Source of the DNA: an uncultured Parabacteroides sp. | Lineage (GTDB): Bacteria > Bacteroidota > Bacteroidia > Bacteroidales > Tannerellaceae | Direction: 5' to 3' | Assembly: GCA_910577325.1 (NCBI GenBank) | Contig: CAJTMR010000002.1 | Span: 558 to 64,557, forward strand | Length of the DNA: 64,000 nucleotides | Shown here: positions 1-10,120 of the stretch, one piece after another | Layout of the letters: the number at the start of each line of letters is the position of its first letter | How positions within the stretch are numbered: the first letter of the stretch is position 1 | Position numbers and translations under genes: made by a program | The notes under the pieces: model-generated | Seen by the model: the letters and a program-made list of their open reading frames with translations, nothing else | Told to the model about the DNA's origin: nothing | Databases searched by the model: none

Positions 1-3000
1 AATAGGTATTCGAGGTCGAACTCGCCGATGAAGGCGTTCTTCTGGTTGTTCACTATGCTGTTTTTGTATCCGAAATTGCCGTTGAAGATGAGGCGGTTGT
101 TCAGCAATTGGCTTGATAGCAACATTTCTACTTCCGTATCTTCGATACCATCTTGGCTGGTCCGTATGTTTGTGCCAAGCTGCACCTTGTCGGTGAAACT
201 GTTCATGATGCTGGATATCTGTGAAGAGAGGGCGGATGAGGCTACCGCGCTGAAATCGTTCGATTTGTATTGTGCGTTATATTCAGGTGTATAGAATTTG
301 TTTAAAACCAACAGATAGATGATTTGCCGGGTCATCATATCTTCCGTATCAACCAGACTTCTGACTTGCCTTTGGAGTTCTTCGTTTGAACTGGGTAGTT
401 CGAGGTCGAACGAGATGGTCGGGTTGCGCAGTACGCCGTCTAACTTCAGTACGCAGTTGACCGGCGTGTTGCGCCGGGAACTTTCGTAGGTTAGGCTGGG
501 GTCCAGATCCTGTATGTTGGCTGTCACATTGTAGATGGTATTTATATTCATTGTTGCTTCGAAAGGATCTCCGCGGAAGTTGATGATGCTGCCGTCGCGT
601 ATCTTGAAGTTTTTGTGGATGAGTTGTTGTAGGCTGAAATTATAGTTTCCCTGTACGATCCCAATGTTTCCATACATACGCAAATCGGTTTTTGTCCCGT
701 ATTGTATCTGAAGGCTTCCGTTGCAGTTTCCTGTTATTTTGTCGCCTGCGACTGGATCCATGATCAACTCGATATCGGCGTCCGGCGTGATATCGAGAAG
801 GAAGTTCATACGCAATTCCGCCCCTTCATCTTCGTTTTTGAAGATAAGAGGTTTGATGGAATCGGTTGGGCGGGTGAGTGCCATTTCCCGTAAATCCTTT
901 TTATTTACAAAAGTAATGAAGTCATATTCTGCTGCAGAAGAATTGTTCATGAAGTTAAGTTTGACGGATGTTTTGGGATCGCTTCGCATATTGATGTCGA
1001 AGTTGATTAATTGCTCGTTCCCTTTTATGGAGGCTGTTCCGGTTCCGAAGACGGTTCCGAATATCAGCGGATTTAGTTTTTGAGGTGCGTCGAATACTAA
1101 CATCTTGTTAGTCTGGACTCCTACGTCGAAATTGACATTCTTGAAATGTTTGTGATTGACGGTCAGGTTTACTTTTGCCGGGTTGCCGAACTTGTCATGT
1201 ACTGTTACGTTGCGTCCGATGATCGCTTCTGGTGTCAGGTGGATGGAGTCGGAAAAAGTGTAGTAAGTGTTCAGATATTCGATACCCAAGCCGCCGTCAA
1301 GCACAAAGGCGTCCCCTTCTACATTCAACGCCTTGAAAGGTCCATGTAGATGGATATTCCCGAATCCCCGTCCTCGCATGTTCTTGGCGATATTTTCGAC
1401 GAAAGGGCGCAGGAAAGCCAAGTCCAGGTCATTGGCTCCGAAGAAGAGGGAAAGACCTGCGTTTTTGCCGACCGGATAAATATAGCCGCTCACATCGGTC
1501 CAAGTCGTATCATTCTTGTAAATGCTGCCTAACATCATGATGCCTTTTTGCTGGTCGTCCCATTCACTGAACAGGTTGAGGCGACCTAATGGAACCTGGT
1601 TGAACGAGAAGTTTTGTACTTCAAGGTCGGTGTTTAGCATTCGGCTTCCATACAAGTCGGTGATGTTGAAAGTGCCGGTAGCTTTTCCGGCGAATTGGAG
1701 CACCGGGATATTCAGTATGTCGAAGATATAGCTTAGCTCGATCTGTTTCAAATCCAGTAATAACGTGTCGGTTGGGTCTTTCGACACCGTCCCTTCCATT
1801 TGGAGATATTCGGAGCCTTTGGAGATAGAGAAGTTTTGTATTCCTATCTTACCGTCCGCAAGGGTTATAGCCGAAGGAGCGATATGCCAGATGGAGTCGT
1901 TCAATATCAGCGGGCTCTCGTGCAGCAAGATTTCCGTTCGCAATTTGGCCGATCCTTTTTCTTGCTTTTCTTCGATGAAAAAGGTGGAGGCTGAGAGGTC
2001 CGCTTTAAACAAGCGTTCTTTGTTGTTCGCCCAACCGATTTGTGTTTGTATCTGGTTGTCTTTGGCATTTATTTTCAGATTCATATAGTTGCGTAATCCT
2101 TTGGCATTGTAGTTAGTGGCCTTGAGTTTCAAATTAACCATGTCTTCGGGATTGTCGCAGGTCAGGTAGCCGGACTCGAACATGGACTTGCCGATGTTGA
2201 ACTTTGGCAAGTAGGCTTCGAGGCGGAAACGGTTGTACTGGTTATTGTAATGTCCTGTGATACGTGCTTGATTCAGCATCGTAATAGGTAGTTTGAGGGT
2301 GTTGGATATGGCTTCCGTATTTTCGATAGTCAACAAGAGAGAGAAGTTGTTTTCCATCACTTTCTGCTTTTTTTGCGTGACGTTGACCAGAGCCGGGACA
2401 TATCCTTTTAGTGTTTGCATAAAACTGGGGACGATCGTCGTGAAGGAGTAGGCTCCTGTCACTTCGCCGTTCAGGATGTCGGAGGTAATGCTTAGGTGGC
2501 GGTCCAGCGAATGGCCAGTGGCTTCCACTTTTAACTTTTTTAGGAAAAAGCTGTCTGGTTTGGTCGTGAATAAAAGGCTGTCGAGCGTAATGCTCCCTTC
2601 CAGGTTGTCGATATTGTTTCCCGTGAAGTCGGCATTCAGCGAGCAGGAGATGTCTGGAGCCTCGTATTTATTCGTCAGATGGAGATTGTCCGGCCGGAAA
2701 TTTTTCAGACGTGAGGTGAAGTTGAACATTGAATTTTGGCCCTCATGGAGGAACAAGCCTTCAGCATACAGTTTGCCGTTCGGGTCATCGATATCCAGTA
2801 CGCCGTTGAACCCGTTTTTCTTGAAGTTACCAGAGATGAGTATGTTCTCGTATTTGTAGCCTTTGTATTCGAATTCGTCTATATTCGCTTTGATATTACC
2901 CGAAAACGATCCGTTGGCAGGCCGGTGCGTGTCCAGTTTGATATCCAATTTGGCTTTCCCATACGGGTTGCCGTCAGGAAAGATTTTGTTCAGATGCAAG

Positions 3001-4280
3001 GTGGAAGTCGAGAGGTGGCCTCTCAAGTAGGCGGCGATGTCCTTCTCCTTGTCGCTACCGAAAATCAGGTCGGTTTGGACGGAACCGATTGCCGACGAGA
3101 ATTTGCCGAATGCGACCAGATTGTCGAAAAAACCGGATATCTCTCCTGTGAAGTTAATCGTACCTAACTTGACGATCGCGTCCGGCAGTTTGACCGGGTG
3201 TTCGTTGAAGTTGTTTATCAAACCCGAAATGCCTTCGGTTGTGATATACATTTTATTGACTTGCCCGAAGATATAAGTATCTTCCGGATGTGTGATCCCT
3301 TTCATCTCCATCTTGCCGACAAAAAGCATCTTATCACTGTATTTCAGTGTCAAACGTTTGAGGTCGATATTGTTTATATAGCCCGAAGCTTCAGCCGAAA
3401 GTTCGATGGTCTCCGAGAAATTACGGAATGCCGGGACGAAAGCGGAGAGGTCTTTCAAGCAGATTTGCGAAGATGCGATATTCAACTCGACGGGCGAATG
3501 ATCCAGCAAATCGGCCGCACTAACAGCTTCTTTGGTGTGGATATGGGCACGGTCTATTTTAAGGTCCGTTTCCGGTAGCTTGATTTCAAAGTTGTTAATG
3601 ATCGCACTATCCTTGTTGGCCACGATGTTGAGTGACAATTTATTCAGTGAAAGGCCTGAAGCCTCATCGAAACTTATCTTCTTGATGTTGGCATTGAGGC
3701 TGTCTTTGTTGAATGCTTTCATCGAGATCTTGGCACTTATATTCCGAAGATTGATATGTTTGGCATTGAACTTTCCAGGGGTAGTCGCTGCATTTTTCAC
3801 ATCGTAACGGAAGTTTCCGCGGCGTATTAGGATCGAGTTGAAGCGTAGGTCGATATTGGATTGCTTTTTTATCGTGTCTTTACTGGCGAAAGTGTCTATG
3901 ATGAATTGTAGGTTCAGTTTGTCTGTCGGCGTTTCCTTGTTCAAGTTGACGGAGAAACCAAACAGGCGGACTGTAGAGAACACGATCCTGCCGTTCAGCA
4001 AAGGCAGAATTTCGAATCCCGCCGATACATGGTTGGCATCGACCAAAACGGCCCCGTTCTGGTCTTCGAGATACAAATCTTCCAGTACCAAGCGGTTAAA
4101 CCACTCAATATCCACGTTCCCGATCCGGACAGGTACGCCAAACCGGTCGGATAACTCTTTCGTTGCTGTCTCCGTTACTTTTTGTTGCACATATGGAATG
4201 CGCAACAAGATAGCCGGAGTCACGTAGAATATCCAGAACAGGGTGAGCAGTGTGACGATTATGTATTTAAGTCCTTTGAT
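1..4280 (-). CDS. tamB: Translocation/assembly module TamB (AsmA-like), runs off the left edge near its C-terminus
   Basis: Long minus-strand frame missing from the ORF track because it has no stop in the window. Both ends translate in the same frame: N-terminal TM segment IKGLKYIIVTLLTLFWIFYVTPAILLRIPYVQQK and TamB-type C-terminal FIGEFDLEYL. Divergent from tsaD as in Bacteroidales. Start codon uncertain (no ATG). Confidence 0.85.
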   Translation of the reverse strand, partial: MKGLKYIIVTLLTLFWIFYVTPAILLRIPYVQQKVTETATKELSDRFGVPVRIGNVDIEWFNRLVLEDLYLEDQNGAVLVDANHVSAGFEILPLLNGRIVFSTVRLFGFSVNLNKETPTDKLNLQFIIDTFASKDTIKKQSNIDLRFNSILIRRGNFRYDVKNAATTPGKFNAKHINLRNISAKISMKAFNKDSLNANIKKISFDEASGLSLNKLSLNIVANKDSAIINNFEIKLPETDLKIDRAHIHTKEAVSAADLLDHSPVELNIASSQICLKDLSAFVPAFRNFSETIELSAEASGYINNIDLKRLTLKYSDKMLFVGKMEMKGITHPEDTYIFGQVNKMYITTEGISGLINNFNEHPVKLPDAIVKLGTINFTGEISGFFDNLVAFGKFSSAIGSVQTDLIFGSDKEKDIAAYLRGHLSTSTLHLNKIFPDGNPYGKAKLDIKLDTHRPANGSFSGNIKANIDEFEYKGYKYENILISGNFKKNGFNGVLDIDDPNGKLYAEGLFLHEGQNSMFNFTSRLKNFRPDNLHLTNKYEAPDISCSLNADFTGNNIDNLEGSITLDSLLFTTKPDSFFLKKLKVEATGHSLDRHLSITSDILNGEVTGAYSFTTIVPSFMQTLKGYVPALVNVTQKKQKVMENNFSLLLTIENTEAISNTLKLPITMLNQARITGHYNNQYNRFRLEAYLPKFNIGKSMFESGYLTCDNPEDMVNLKLKATNYNAKGLRNYMNLKINAKDNQIQTQIGWANNKERLFKADLSASTFFIEEKQEKGSAKLRTEILLHESPLILNDSIWHIAPSAITLADGKIGIQNFSISKGSEYLQMEGTVSKDPTDTLLLDLKQIELSYIFDILNIPVLQFAGKATGTFNITDLYGSRMLNTDLEVQNFSFNQVPLGRLNLFSEWDDQQKGIMMLGSIYKNDTTWTDVSGYIYPVGKNAGLSLFFGANDLDLAFLRPFVENIAKNMRGRGFGNIHLHGPFKALNVEGDAFVLDGGLGIEYLNTYYTFSDSIHLTPEAIIGRNVTVHDKFGNPAKVNLTVNHKHFKNVNFDVGVQTNKMLVFDAPQKLNPLIFGTVFGTGTASIKGNEQLINFDINMRSDPKTSVKLNFMNNSSAAEYDFITFVNKKDLREMALTRPTDSIKPLIFKNEDEGAELRMNFLLDITPDADIELIMDPVAGDKITGNCNGSLQIQYGTKTDLRMYGNIGIVQGNYNFSLQQLIHKNFKIRDGSIINFRGDPFEATMNINTIYNVTANIQDLDPSLTYESSRRNTPVNCVLKLDGVLRNPTISFDLELPSSNEELQRQVRSLVDTEDMMTRQIIYLLVLNKFYTPEYNAQYKSNDFSAVASSALSSQISSIMNSFTDKVQLGTNIRTSQDGIEDTEVEMLLSSQLLNNRLIFNGNFGYKNSIVNNQKNAFIGEFDLEYL

Positions 4281-4361
4281 GTCTTTACTATTATTTAAGC
4301 ACAAAACTACAACAATATCCCGATAGATTTCGTTAATTTGCACAAAAATTAAAGCGAAGAT

Positions 4362-5390
4362 ATGAGTGTGACAATATTAGGAATCGAATCATCGTGTGAT
4401 GATACATCTTCCTCCGTAATACGTGATGGCGTAATGCTGTCGAATGTAATTGCCAGCCAGGCTGTTCACGAAGCATACGGCGGCGTTGTTCCCGAACTGG
4501 CTTCCCGTGCACATCAACAGAACATTATCCCGGTGGTTGCCGAAGCGATCAAACGTGCTGGCATTGATAAATCCGAACTGAGTGCCGTAGCTTTTACTCG
4601 GGGGCCGGGTTTGATGGGGTCGTTGCTGGTCGGAATCTCCTTTGCCAAGGGCCTGGCAGCTTCGTTGGATATTCCAATGATCGAGGTCAACCACTTACAA
4701 GCGCACGTGTTGGCTCATTTTATCAAAGAGACACCTGAAGACGATCATGCTCCTTCGTTTCCGTTCCTTTGTCTGTTGGTTTCGGGAGGAAACTCTCAGA
4801 TCGTCAAGGTGAATGCTTACAACGACATGGAAGTGATCGGGCAGACGATTGATGATGCCGCCGGTGAAGCGTTCGACAAATGTGCGAAGGTGATGGGATT
4901 GGGGTATCCTGGTGGTCCTGTTGTGAACCGTCTTGCCAATGAAGGGAATCCGAAAGCTTTTACATTCAGCAAGCCGCATATTCCTGGTTATGACTATAGT
5001 TTCAGTGGATTGAAAACTTCTTTCCTTTATACCTTGCGTGACAAACTACGAGAAGATCCTGATTTCATCGAAAAGAAAAAGCATGATCTTTGTGCCTCTT
5101 TACAAGCGACGGTGATCGATATTCTGATGAACAAATTGCGACGGGCGGCGAAAGACATGAACATTAGGGAGGTTGCCGTTGCTGGTGGCGTATCAGCCAA
5201 TTCCGGCTTGCGGGATGCTTTTCTCGACCATGCGAAGCGTTTCGGTTGGAAGGTACATATTCCGAAGTTCTCTTTTACGACAGATAATGCGGCGATGGTT
5301 GCCATAACGGGATATTATAAATATCTTGACAAGCAATTTTGCCCGATGGATGCCGCTCCCTTTGCGAGGGTAGAGATGAAACTAAGGTGA
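4362..5390 (+). CDS. tsaD: tRNA N6-threonylcarbamoyladenosine synthase TsaD
   Basis: ILGIESSCDDT, HEAYGGVVPELASRAH, GPGLMGSL, NHLQAH, DDAAGEAFDK, TDNAAM motifs. Confidence 0.97.
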   Translation: MSVTILGIESSCDDTSSSVIRDGVMLSNVIASQAVHEAYGGVVPELASRAHQQNIIPVVAEAIKRAGIDKSELSAVAFTRGPGLMGSLLVGISFAKGLAASLDIPMIEVNHLQAHVLAHFIKETPEDDHAPSFPFLCLLVSGGNSQIVKVNAYNDMEVIGQTIDDAAGEAFDKCAKVMGLGYPGGPVVNRLANEGNPKAFTFSKPHIPGYDYSFSGLKTSFLYTLRDKLREDPDFIEKKKHDLCASLQATVIDILMNKLRRAAKDMNIREVAVAGGVSANSGLRDAFLDHAKRFGWKVHIPKFSFTTDNAAMVAITGYYKYLDKQFCPMDAAPFARVEMKLR

Positions 5391-5470
5391 CGTGTTTGTC
5401 GTTTCATGGGCATGAAACACAAGTTCCTCTTAGGGAAACTTTTTGGGATGATAAGATAAGAAAAGTCAAA

Positions 5471-5935
5471 ATGAAGGTTGAAGAAGAAATAGGCGGGTTG
5501 CTTCGTTGCCGCCACCTAACGATGGGAACGGCTGAAAGTTGTACCGGTGGATATATTGCACATCTGATTACGCGTGTGGCGGGCAGTTCCGATTACTTTT
5601 GCGGAGGGGTCGTTTCTTACGGCAATGGAGTGAAACATCATGTTTTAGGCGTTTCGGAAGAGAGTTTGGCGCAGTATGGGGCAGTCAGCCGTCCGGTCGT
5701 CGAACAGATGGCGTTGGGGGCGATCCGTGTGTTAGGTTGTGACTGTGCAGTTGCCACTTCCGGCATTGCCGGTCCCGGTGGCGGTACGCCCGGAAAACCT
5801 GTCGGAACCGTTTGGATTGCCGCTGCCTTGAAAGACAGGGTTATATCCGAGTGCTACCATTTCGGGACGGAACGTGAGGATAATATTCGGTTGGCGGCGG
5901 ATACGGCTTTGAAAATGTTGAAGCAGTTGTTATAA
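5471..5935 (+). CDS. CinA C-terminal domain / nicotinamide-mononucleotide deamidase (PncC-like)
   Basis: TAESCTGG, GAVS, SGIAGPGGGTPGKPVGTVWIA. Start moved from the TTG at 5339 to the ATG at 5471. Confidence 0.9.
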   Translation: MKVEEEIGGLLRCRHLTMGTAESCTGGYIAHLITRVAGSSDYFCGGVVSYGNGVKHHVLGVSEESLAQYGAVSRPVVEQMALGAIRVLGCDCAVATSGIAGPGGGTPGKPVGTVWIAAALKDRVISECYHFGTEREDNIRLAADTALKMLKQLL

Positions 5936-5951
5936 AATTATTTCCCGTTGT

Positions 5952-6851
5952 CTATTGGTCTTTAGGGATGAAACATCCTGTGTAAAACACCCGTTTATTT
6001 TCCCGTATCGTTTGGTTGGAAACTTTGAATTGTGGAAAGGCCTGCTCCAGCCGTAGTGCTAATGTGTCGCCTAAGGATGTATATAAACTGTCGGGAATTG
6101 AGTTATAAGAGATGTTGCCGAAATAGCAAAGATGATTTTCATTCATGAAGAGGTCGGCGCCTAACCAGCCTTTTCGGATACGCCACTCGGTCGAATCGGA
6201 GAGGGAGACGTAGAGGTTGATACTGTCCGATTCGACCATCAGGTTCAATGGGGCGTTTTTGTCGAAAGACTTGCGCAGGCGGTCTTGGTCTGGAAGCAGG
6301 TAACATTGTTGGTTCCGTTGGATTCGGGCTACTTCTTCGAGCAGTTTCTTGCTGTAACTTGCTACCCATACCCCATCATGTTGGTAATAACCGAAAAAAC
6401 GGTTTCCTGCATCCGGATAGTAGGTGAAAGTGATGTCTTCTTTTTTTTGCCTTTGTGGGGCGAACGTGCCGAAAGCCTTCTGTAATGTGTTCTTCTCTAT
6501 CCGGCTGCCGAGGCTGTTCCCCGCTTGTGCGTAAAAAACAATTCCCTGCGAATGAAAAGAAAGAAGCAGCCGCGAGAGATTCTGGTTGTTTTTAATGATG
6601 GAAAGATATATGTCCGGAATTTCCGAAGCGAAAGCATCCCGTTCTGGTTTGCGAGATAAAATATATTTGGTGAAAGCGGTGGGGCGGTTTATGCTCAGGA
6701 TCGCATCCGATGCTGGGGCCACTAAGGTGTACAAATCAGTCCGCATCACCTCTTTCTCTTTTTGCATATTGCCTAAAAAGAACCAGACTGCCGCCAGTGC
6801 AGCGAGAGCAGCTATAACGAATGTCACTATTTCCCGCTTGTCAGCTTTCAT
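5952..6851 (-). CDS. Hypothetical membrane-anchored protein
   Basis: 299-aa ORF with N-terminal hydrophobic helix, starting 6 nt after the nth stop. Confidence 0.75.
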   Translation of the reverse strand: MKADKREIVTFVIAALAALAAVWFFLGNMQKEKEVMRTDLYTLVAPASDAILSINRPTAFTKYILSRKPERDAFASEIPDIYLSIIKNNQNLSRLLLSFHSQGIVFYAQAGNSLGSRIEKNTLQKAFGTFAPQRQKKEDITFTYYPDAGNRFFGYYQHDGVWVASYSKKLLEEVARIQRNQQCYLLPDQDRLRKSFDKNAPLNLMVESDSINLYVSLSDSTEWRIRKGWLGADLFMNENHLCYFGNISYNSIPDSLYTSLGDTLALRLEQAFPQFKVSNQTIRENKRVFYTGCFIPKDQ

Positions 6852-6857
6852 TGTGTG

Positions 6858-7502
6858 TTATGTTTTTTGTGGGCTAAGAAAATATTTGCACCAAGGTTTG
6901 AGACCACATGTTTTGCATTTGGGCTTGCGGGCGATACAGGTGTAACGTCCATGCAGGATCAGCCAGTGGTGAGCGGTTGGGATTTGATTCTCCGGGATAT
7001 GCTTCACCAACTCCTTTTCTGTTTCCAATGGAGTTTTGCTGTTGTTCGTCAGGCCGATGCGGTTGGCTACGCGGAACACATGCGTGTCGACAGCCATTAC
7101 AGGCTTGTTGTAGACGACCGAGGCAATCACGTTTGCCGTCTTTCGGCCTACGCCAGGCAATTTTTGTAACTCGTCGATATCGGATGGTACGACGCTGCCG
7201 AAATCTGACATCAGCATTTTCGCCATGCCGACTAAATGTTTTGATTTATTGTTTGGATAAGAGACACTCCGGATATATTCAAAGATCACTTCTGGGGTAG
7301 AAGCGGCCATGACTTCAGGTGTAGGAAAATCCTGAAAGAGGGCGGGAGTAACCATATTAACCCGTTTGTCCGTGCATTGGGCAGACAGGATCACGGCGAT
7401 AAGCAACTGGTATGGGTTATCGTAATGCAGTTCTGTTTCGGCGATCGGTACATTCTCGTTGAACCAGTTTAAAACTCCTTTATATCGTTCTTCTTTACGC
7501 AT
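6858..7502 (-). CDS. nth: Endonuclease III
   Basis: LIAVILSAQCTD, HhH motif LPGVGRKTANV, VDTHV, 4Fe-4S motif CIARKPKCKTCGLKPWC. Confidence 0.97.
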   Translation of the reverse strand: MRKEERYKGVLNWFNENVPIAETELHYDNPYQLLIAVILSAQCTDKRVNMVTPALFQDFPTPEVMAASTPEVIFEYIRSVSYPNNKSKHLVGMAKMLMSDFGSVVPSDIDELQKLPGVGRKTANVIASVVYNKPVMAVDTHVFRVANRIGLTNNSKTPLETEKELVKHIPENQIPTAHHWLILHGRYTCIARKPKCKTCGLKPWCKYFLSPQKT

Positions 7503-7505
7503 ATC

Positions 7506-7898
7506 TTATTTTATTAGTGACATGACATTTTTTCCAAGGAGCAGTCCTAAGAATACGGCTGACAATCCTAATATATTACTGGCGAGCAAATTAAAGAGTG
7601 CCAATTTATATTCGCCTGTTTTCATCAGTGATATCGTATCCAGTGTAAACGAAGAGAATGTAGTAAAACCTCCGAACATTCCGGTGAAGAGGAATACTCT
7701 TACGCTCGCAGAAAAATTGTAAGTTTCGGCTATGCTACAGCAGAATCCGATCAGAAAAGAGCCAATCACATTGACCGAAAGTATCCCGAAAGGGAAGGAG
7801 TGTAGCATCAGACGCTGTACCCACGTGGAAATTCCGAAGCGGAATACCGTGCCGATCGCCCCTCCTGTTATAAGCAGTAAAACCTTTGTCATAACCAT
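7506..7898 (-). CDS. crcB: Fluoride efflux channel CrcB/FluC
   Basis: GGAIGTVFRF, FPFGILSVNVIGSF, GMFGGFTTFSSF. Confidence 0.95.
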   Translation of the reverse strand: MVMTKVLLLITGGAIGTVFRFGISTWVQRLMLHSFPFGILSVNVIGSFLIGFCCSIAETYNFSASVRVFLFTGMFGGFTTFSSFTLDTISLMKTGEYKLALFNLLASNILGLSAVFLGLLLGKNVMSLIK

Positions 7899-7974
7899 TT
7901 ACATTTTTAGTGTGTTTTTCCCCGGGCTGGTTAAGGACCCGGGGAAGATGGTAAATGATTTAGGTTCTCAACTA

Positions 7975-8994
7975 CTAATTGGCCGACTCGAACTGCCTCA
8001 GGAAACGAACATCGTTTTCGGAGAACATGCGCAAGTCTTTTACTTGGTATTTCAGGTTTGTTATACGCTCGATACCCATTCCTAAAGCATAACCGGAATA
8101 TACTTTACTATCGATACCGCAGTTTTCAAGCACATTCGGATCTACCATACCGCAACCGAGGATTTCTACCCAGCCGGTTCCTTTGCAGAACGGGCATCCT
8201 TTTCCTCCACAGATGTTGCAGGAAATATCCATTTCGGCGGAAGGTTCGGTGAACGGGAAATAAGATGGACGCAAGCGGATTTTCGTATCTGCGCTGAACA
8301 TTTCTTTGGCGAAGAAAAGCAAAGCCTGCTTCAGATCGGCAAAAGAAACGTTTTTGTCCACATACAAAGCTTCTACTTGATGGAAGAAACAATGCGCACG
8401 GTAAGAAATCGCTTCGTTACGATATACACGTCCCGGACAAATGATACGAATAGGAGGCTCTTGGTTCTCCATGACACGTGTCTGTACGGAAGAAGTATGC
8501 GTACGAAGCAATACGTCCGGATTATGTTGGATGAAGAACGTATCCTGCATGTCGCGGGCAGGGTGGTCTTCCGCAAAGTTCAGGGAAGAGAACACATGCC
8601 AGTCATCTTCTATTTCCGGTCCTTCGGCTATGCTGAATCCCAAACGTCCGAAAATGTCGCAGATTTCTTTCTTTACGAGTGAAAGCGGATGACGGGTTCC
8701 TAATTCAATCGGATAGGCTGTACGGGTAAGGTCGATGTCATCGTCCGCCGTTTGTACATTCTCGAAGTTGGCTTTCAACTCGTTTATTTTATTTTGGGTT
8801 GCCTCTTTCAGTTTGTTGAGGTGCTGACCGACTTCACGCTTCTGATCAGCCGCTATATTGCGGAAATCATTCATCAGCAAGGATATTTCACCTTTTTTAC
8901 TGAGGTATTTAATGCGTAATGCTTCGAGCTCTTCAGCGTTTGCCGCTTTCAGGTTCTCTACTTCCTTAAGCAGAGCGTTAATCTTATTGATCAT
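7975..8994 (-). CDS. pheS: Phenylalanyl-tRNA synthetase alpha subunit
   Basis: HPARDMQDTF, LLRTHTS, RPSYFPFTEPS, GWVEILGCGMV, GMGIER. Confidence 0.98.
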   Translation of the reverse strand: MINKINALLKEVENLKAANAEELEALRIKYLSKKGEISLLMNDFRNIAADQKREVGQHLNKLKEATQNKINELKANFENVQTADDDIDLTRTAYPIELGTRHPLSLVKKEICDIFGRLGFSIAEGPEIEDDWHVFSSLNFAEDHPARDMQDTFFIQHNPDVLLRTHTSSVQTRVMENQEPPIRIICPGRVYRNEAISYRAHCFFHQVEALYVDKNVSFADLKQALLFFAKEMFSADTKIRLRPSYFPFTEPSAEMDISCNICGGKGCPFCKGTGWVEILGCGMVDPNVLENCGIDSKVYSGYALGMGIERITNLKYQVKDLRMFSENDVRFLRQFESAN

Positions 8995-9020
8995 TTCTAA
9001 TCATTTTTATTTTCAACGTG

Positions 9021-9028
9021 CAAATTTA
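9021..9028 (-). promoter_or_regulatory. Bacteroidetes sigmaA -7 box for the pheS-crcB-nth operon
   Basis: TAAATTTG on the minus strand (TAnnTTTG consensus), ~26 nt upstream of the pheS ATG. Confidence 0.6.
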
Positions 9029-9102
9029 CTCCTTTCTTTGAATACTGCAACCGGTTATGGCGGGTTTTTTTGAAAAAAAGAGAGGCAAATGTCCGCTTTT
9101 TA

Positions 9103-9984
9103 TCAGAAATTGTAAGCTACACCAATACCTAAAACTTCTTTGAACTGTATTTTTGCACCGTGTTTTTCGCCTTCGTCGGTGAAAGTTTTCACATCGTTGT
9201 CGTATTTGAGCGTGGTGTTGAGCGTGGCGTTGAGATATTTGTTGATCTTCATGTTGATCAGGAGATCCCAGTTTATGTCAACATTGCCGAACTGGTCGCT
9301 GTAAGGCGTGAAGAAATCCACGCTTGTGATAAAGCTGACGTTTTCCATGATCTTTTGTTCGGCTTTCGCTTTGATATAGGCTCCGAGTTCGGCTTTGAAA
9401 CGGTCTCCGGGATCGACACCGAACGCGCCTTCATCGGACAGATAGTCATCTTCTACAAATGTCAGTTTTCCTGCAAGTGGAGACATGTAGAGGGAATAAT
9501 TGCTTTTCGGCCGGAAATCCATACCTAAAGATATATTGGAATAAGCGGGGGCAAAGAATTTGGAGATATAATGCGATTTGTCCGGATAATTGTAACCTTT
9601 ATAGAATTGAGTGTTTAGGTCGGCCATCGCCGTGTAATACCATTTTTCACTTGCTCGATAACCTAATTGGGTGGAAAAGGCGATCTTGTCGGAAGTCTTT
9701 TGTGCACCCAGTGACTTGTTTTTTGTCAATCCGTAGTCCAACCCAAGATTGCTGATCCATAGCCAGTTTCCGTTTTTGTGCGTGAGCGAACCGTTTAGGT
9801 AGGCATTCCCGGCAAAGGAGTTTTCGCCGCCAGCCGACCAGTTGCTGACGGCAGTTTGTGACATATTTATACCTGTGATACCTTTCAATACCCATTTTCC
9901 TTCTTCGTAACCTTTATCGTCTGCCTGGCTATAGCCGGCAATGCTTGCCATTGCGAGCGCTGCCGTTAAAAACATACGTTTCAT
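9103..9984 (-). CDS. DUF3078-like outer-membrane beta-barrel protein
   Basis: Signal peptide, NWSAGGENS motif, C-terminal KIQFKEVLGIGVAYNF. Confidence 0.85.
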   Translation of the reverse strand: MKRMFLTAALAMASIAGYSQADDKGYEEGKWVLKGITGINMSQTAVSNWSAGGENSFAGNAYLNGSLTHKNGNWLWISNLGLDYGLTKNKSLGAQKTSDKIAFSTQLGYRASEKWYYTAMADLNTQFYKGYNYPDKSHYISKFFAPAYSNISLGMDFRPKSNYSLYMSPLAGKLTFVEDDYLSDEGAFGVDPGDRFKAELGAYIKAKAEQKIMENVSFITSVDFFTPYSDQFGNVDINWDLLINMKINKYLNATLNTTLKYDNDVKTFTDEGEKHGAKIQFKEVLGIGVAYNF

Positions 9985-10120
9985 ATTAATCCTGTTTTTT
10001 AAAGTTGTTATTAATTAAAGATGTCTTTTATAAAAACAGGTGGTGCTTGCTTTTGTTTATCCGGATATCACGATTGGTCGTTCTATTTTTATTTGTAGAG
10101 TCGTATTGGTAAATGCTGGT

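Noticed and set aside
28..4227. Series of plus-strand ORFs
   Set aside because: Antisense shadows of tamB.
5339..5470. N-terminal extension of the CinA-like protein overlapping tsaD
   Set aside because: It relies on a TTG start inside tsaD; the ATG at 5471 with an A-rich upstream region fits the family length.
7899..7974. Fluoride riboswitch upstream of crcB
   Set aside because: Only a simple TTCCCCGGG/CCCGGGGAA hairpin is present. The GGCGAUGG..UAAUG core is absent, and on the coding strand the hairpin is followed by A's rather than U's.
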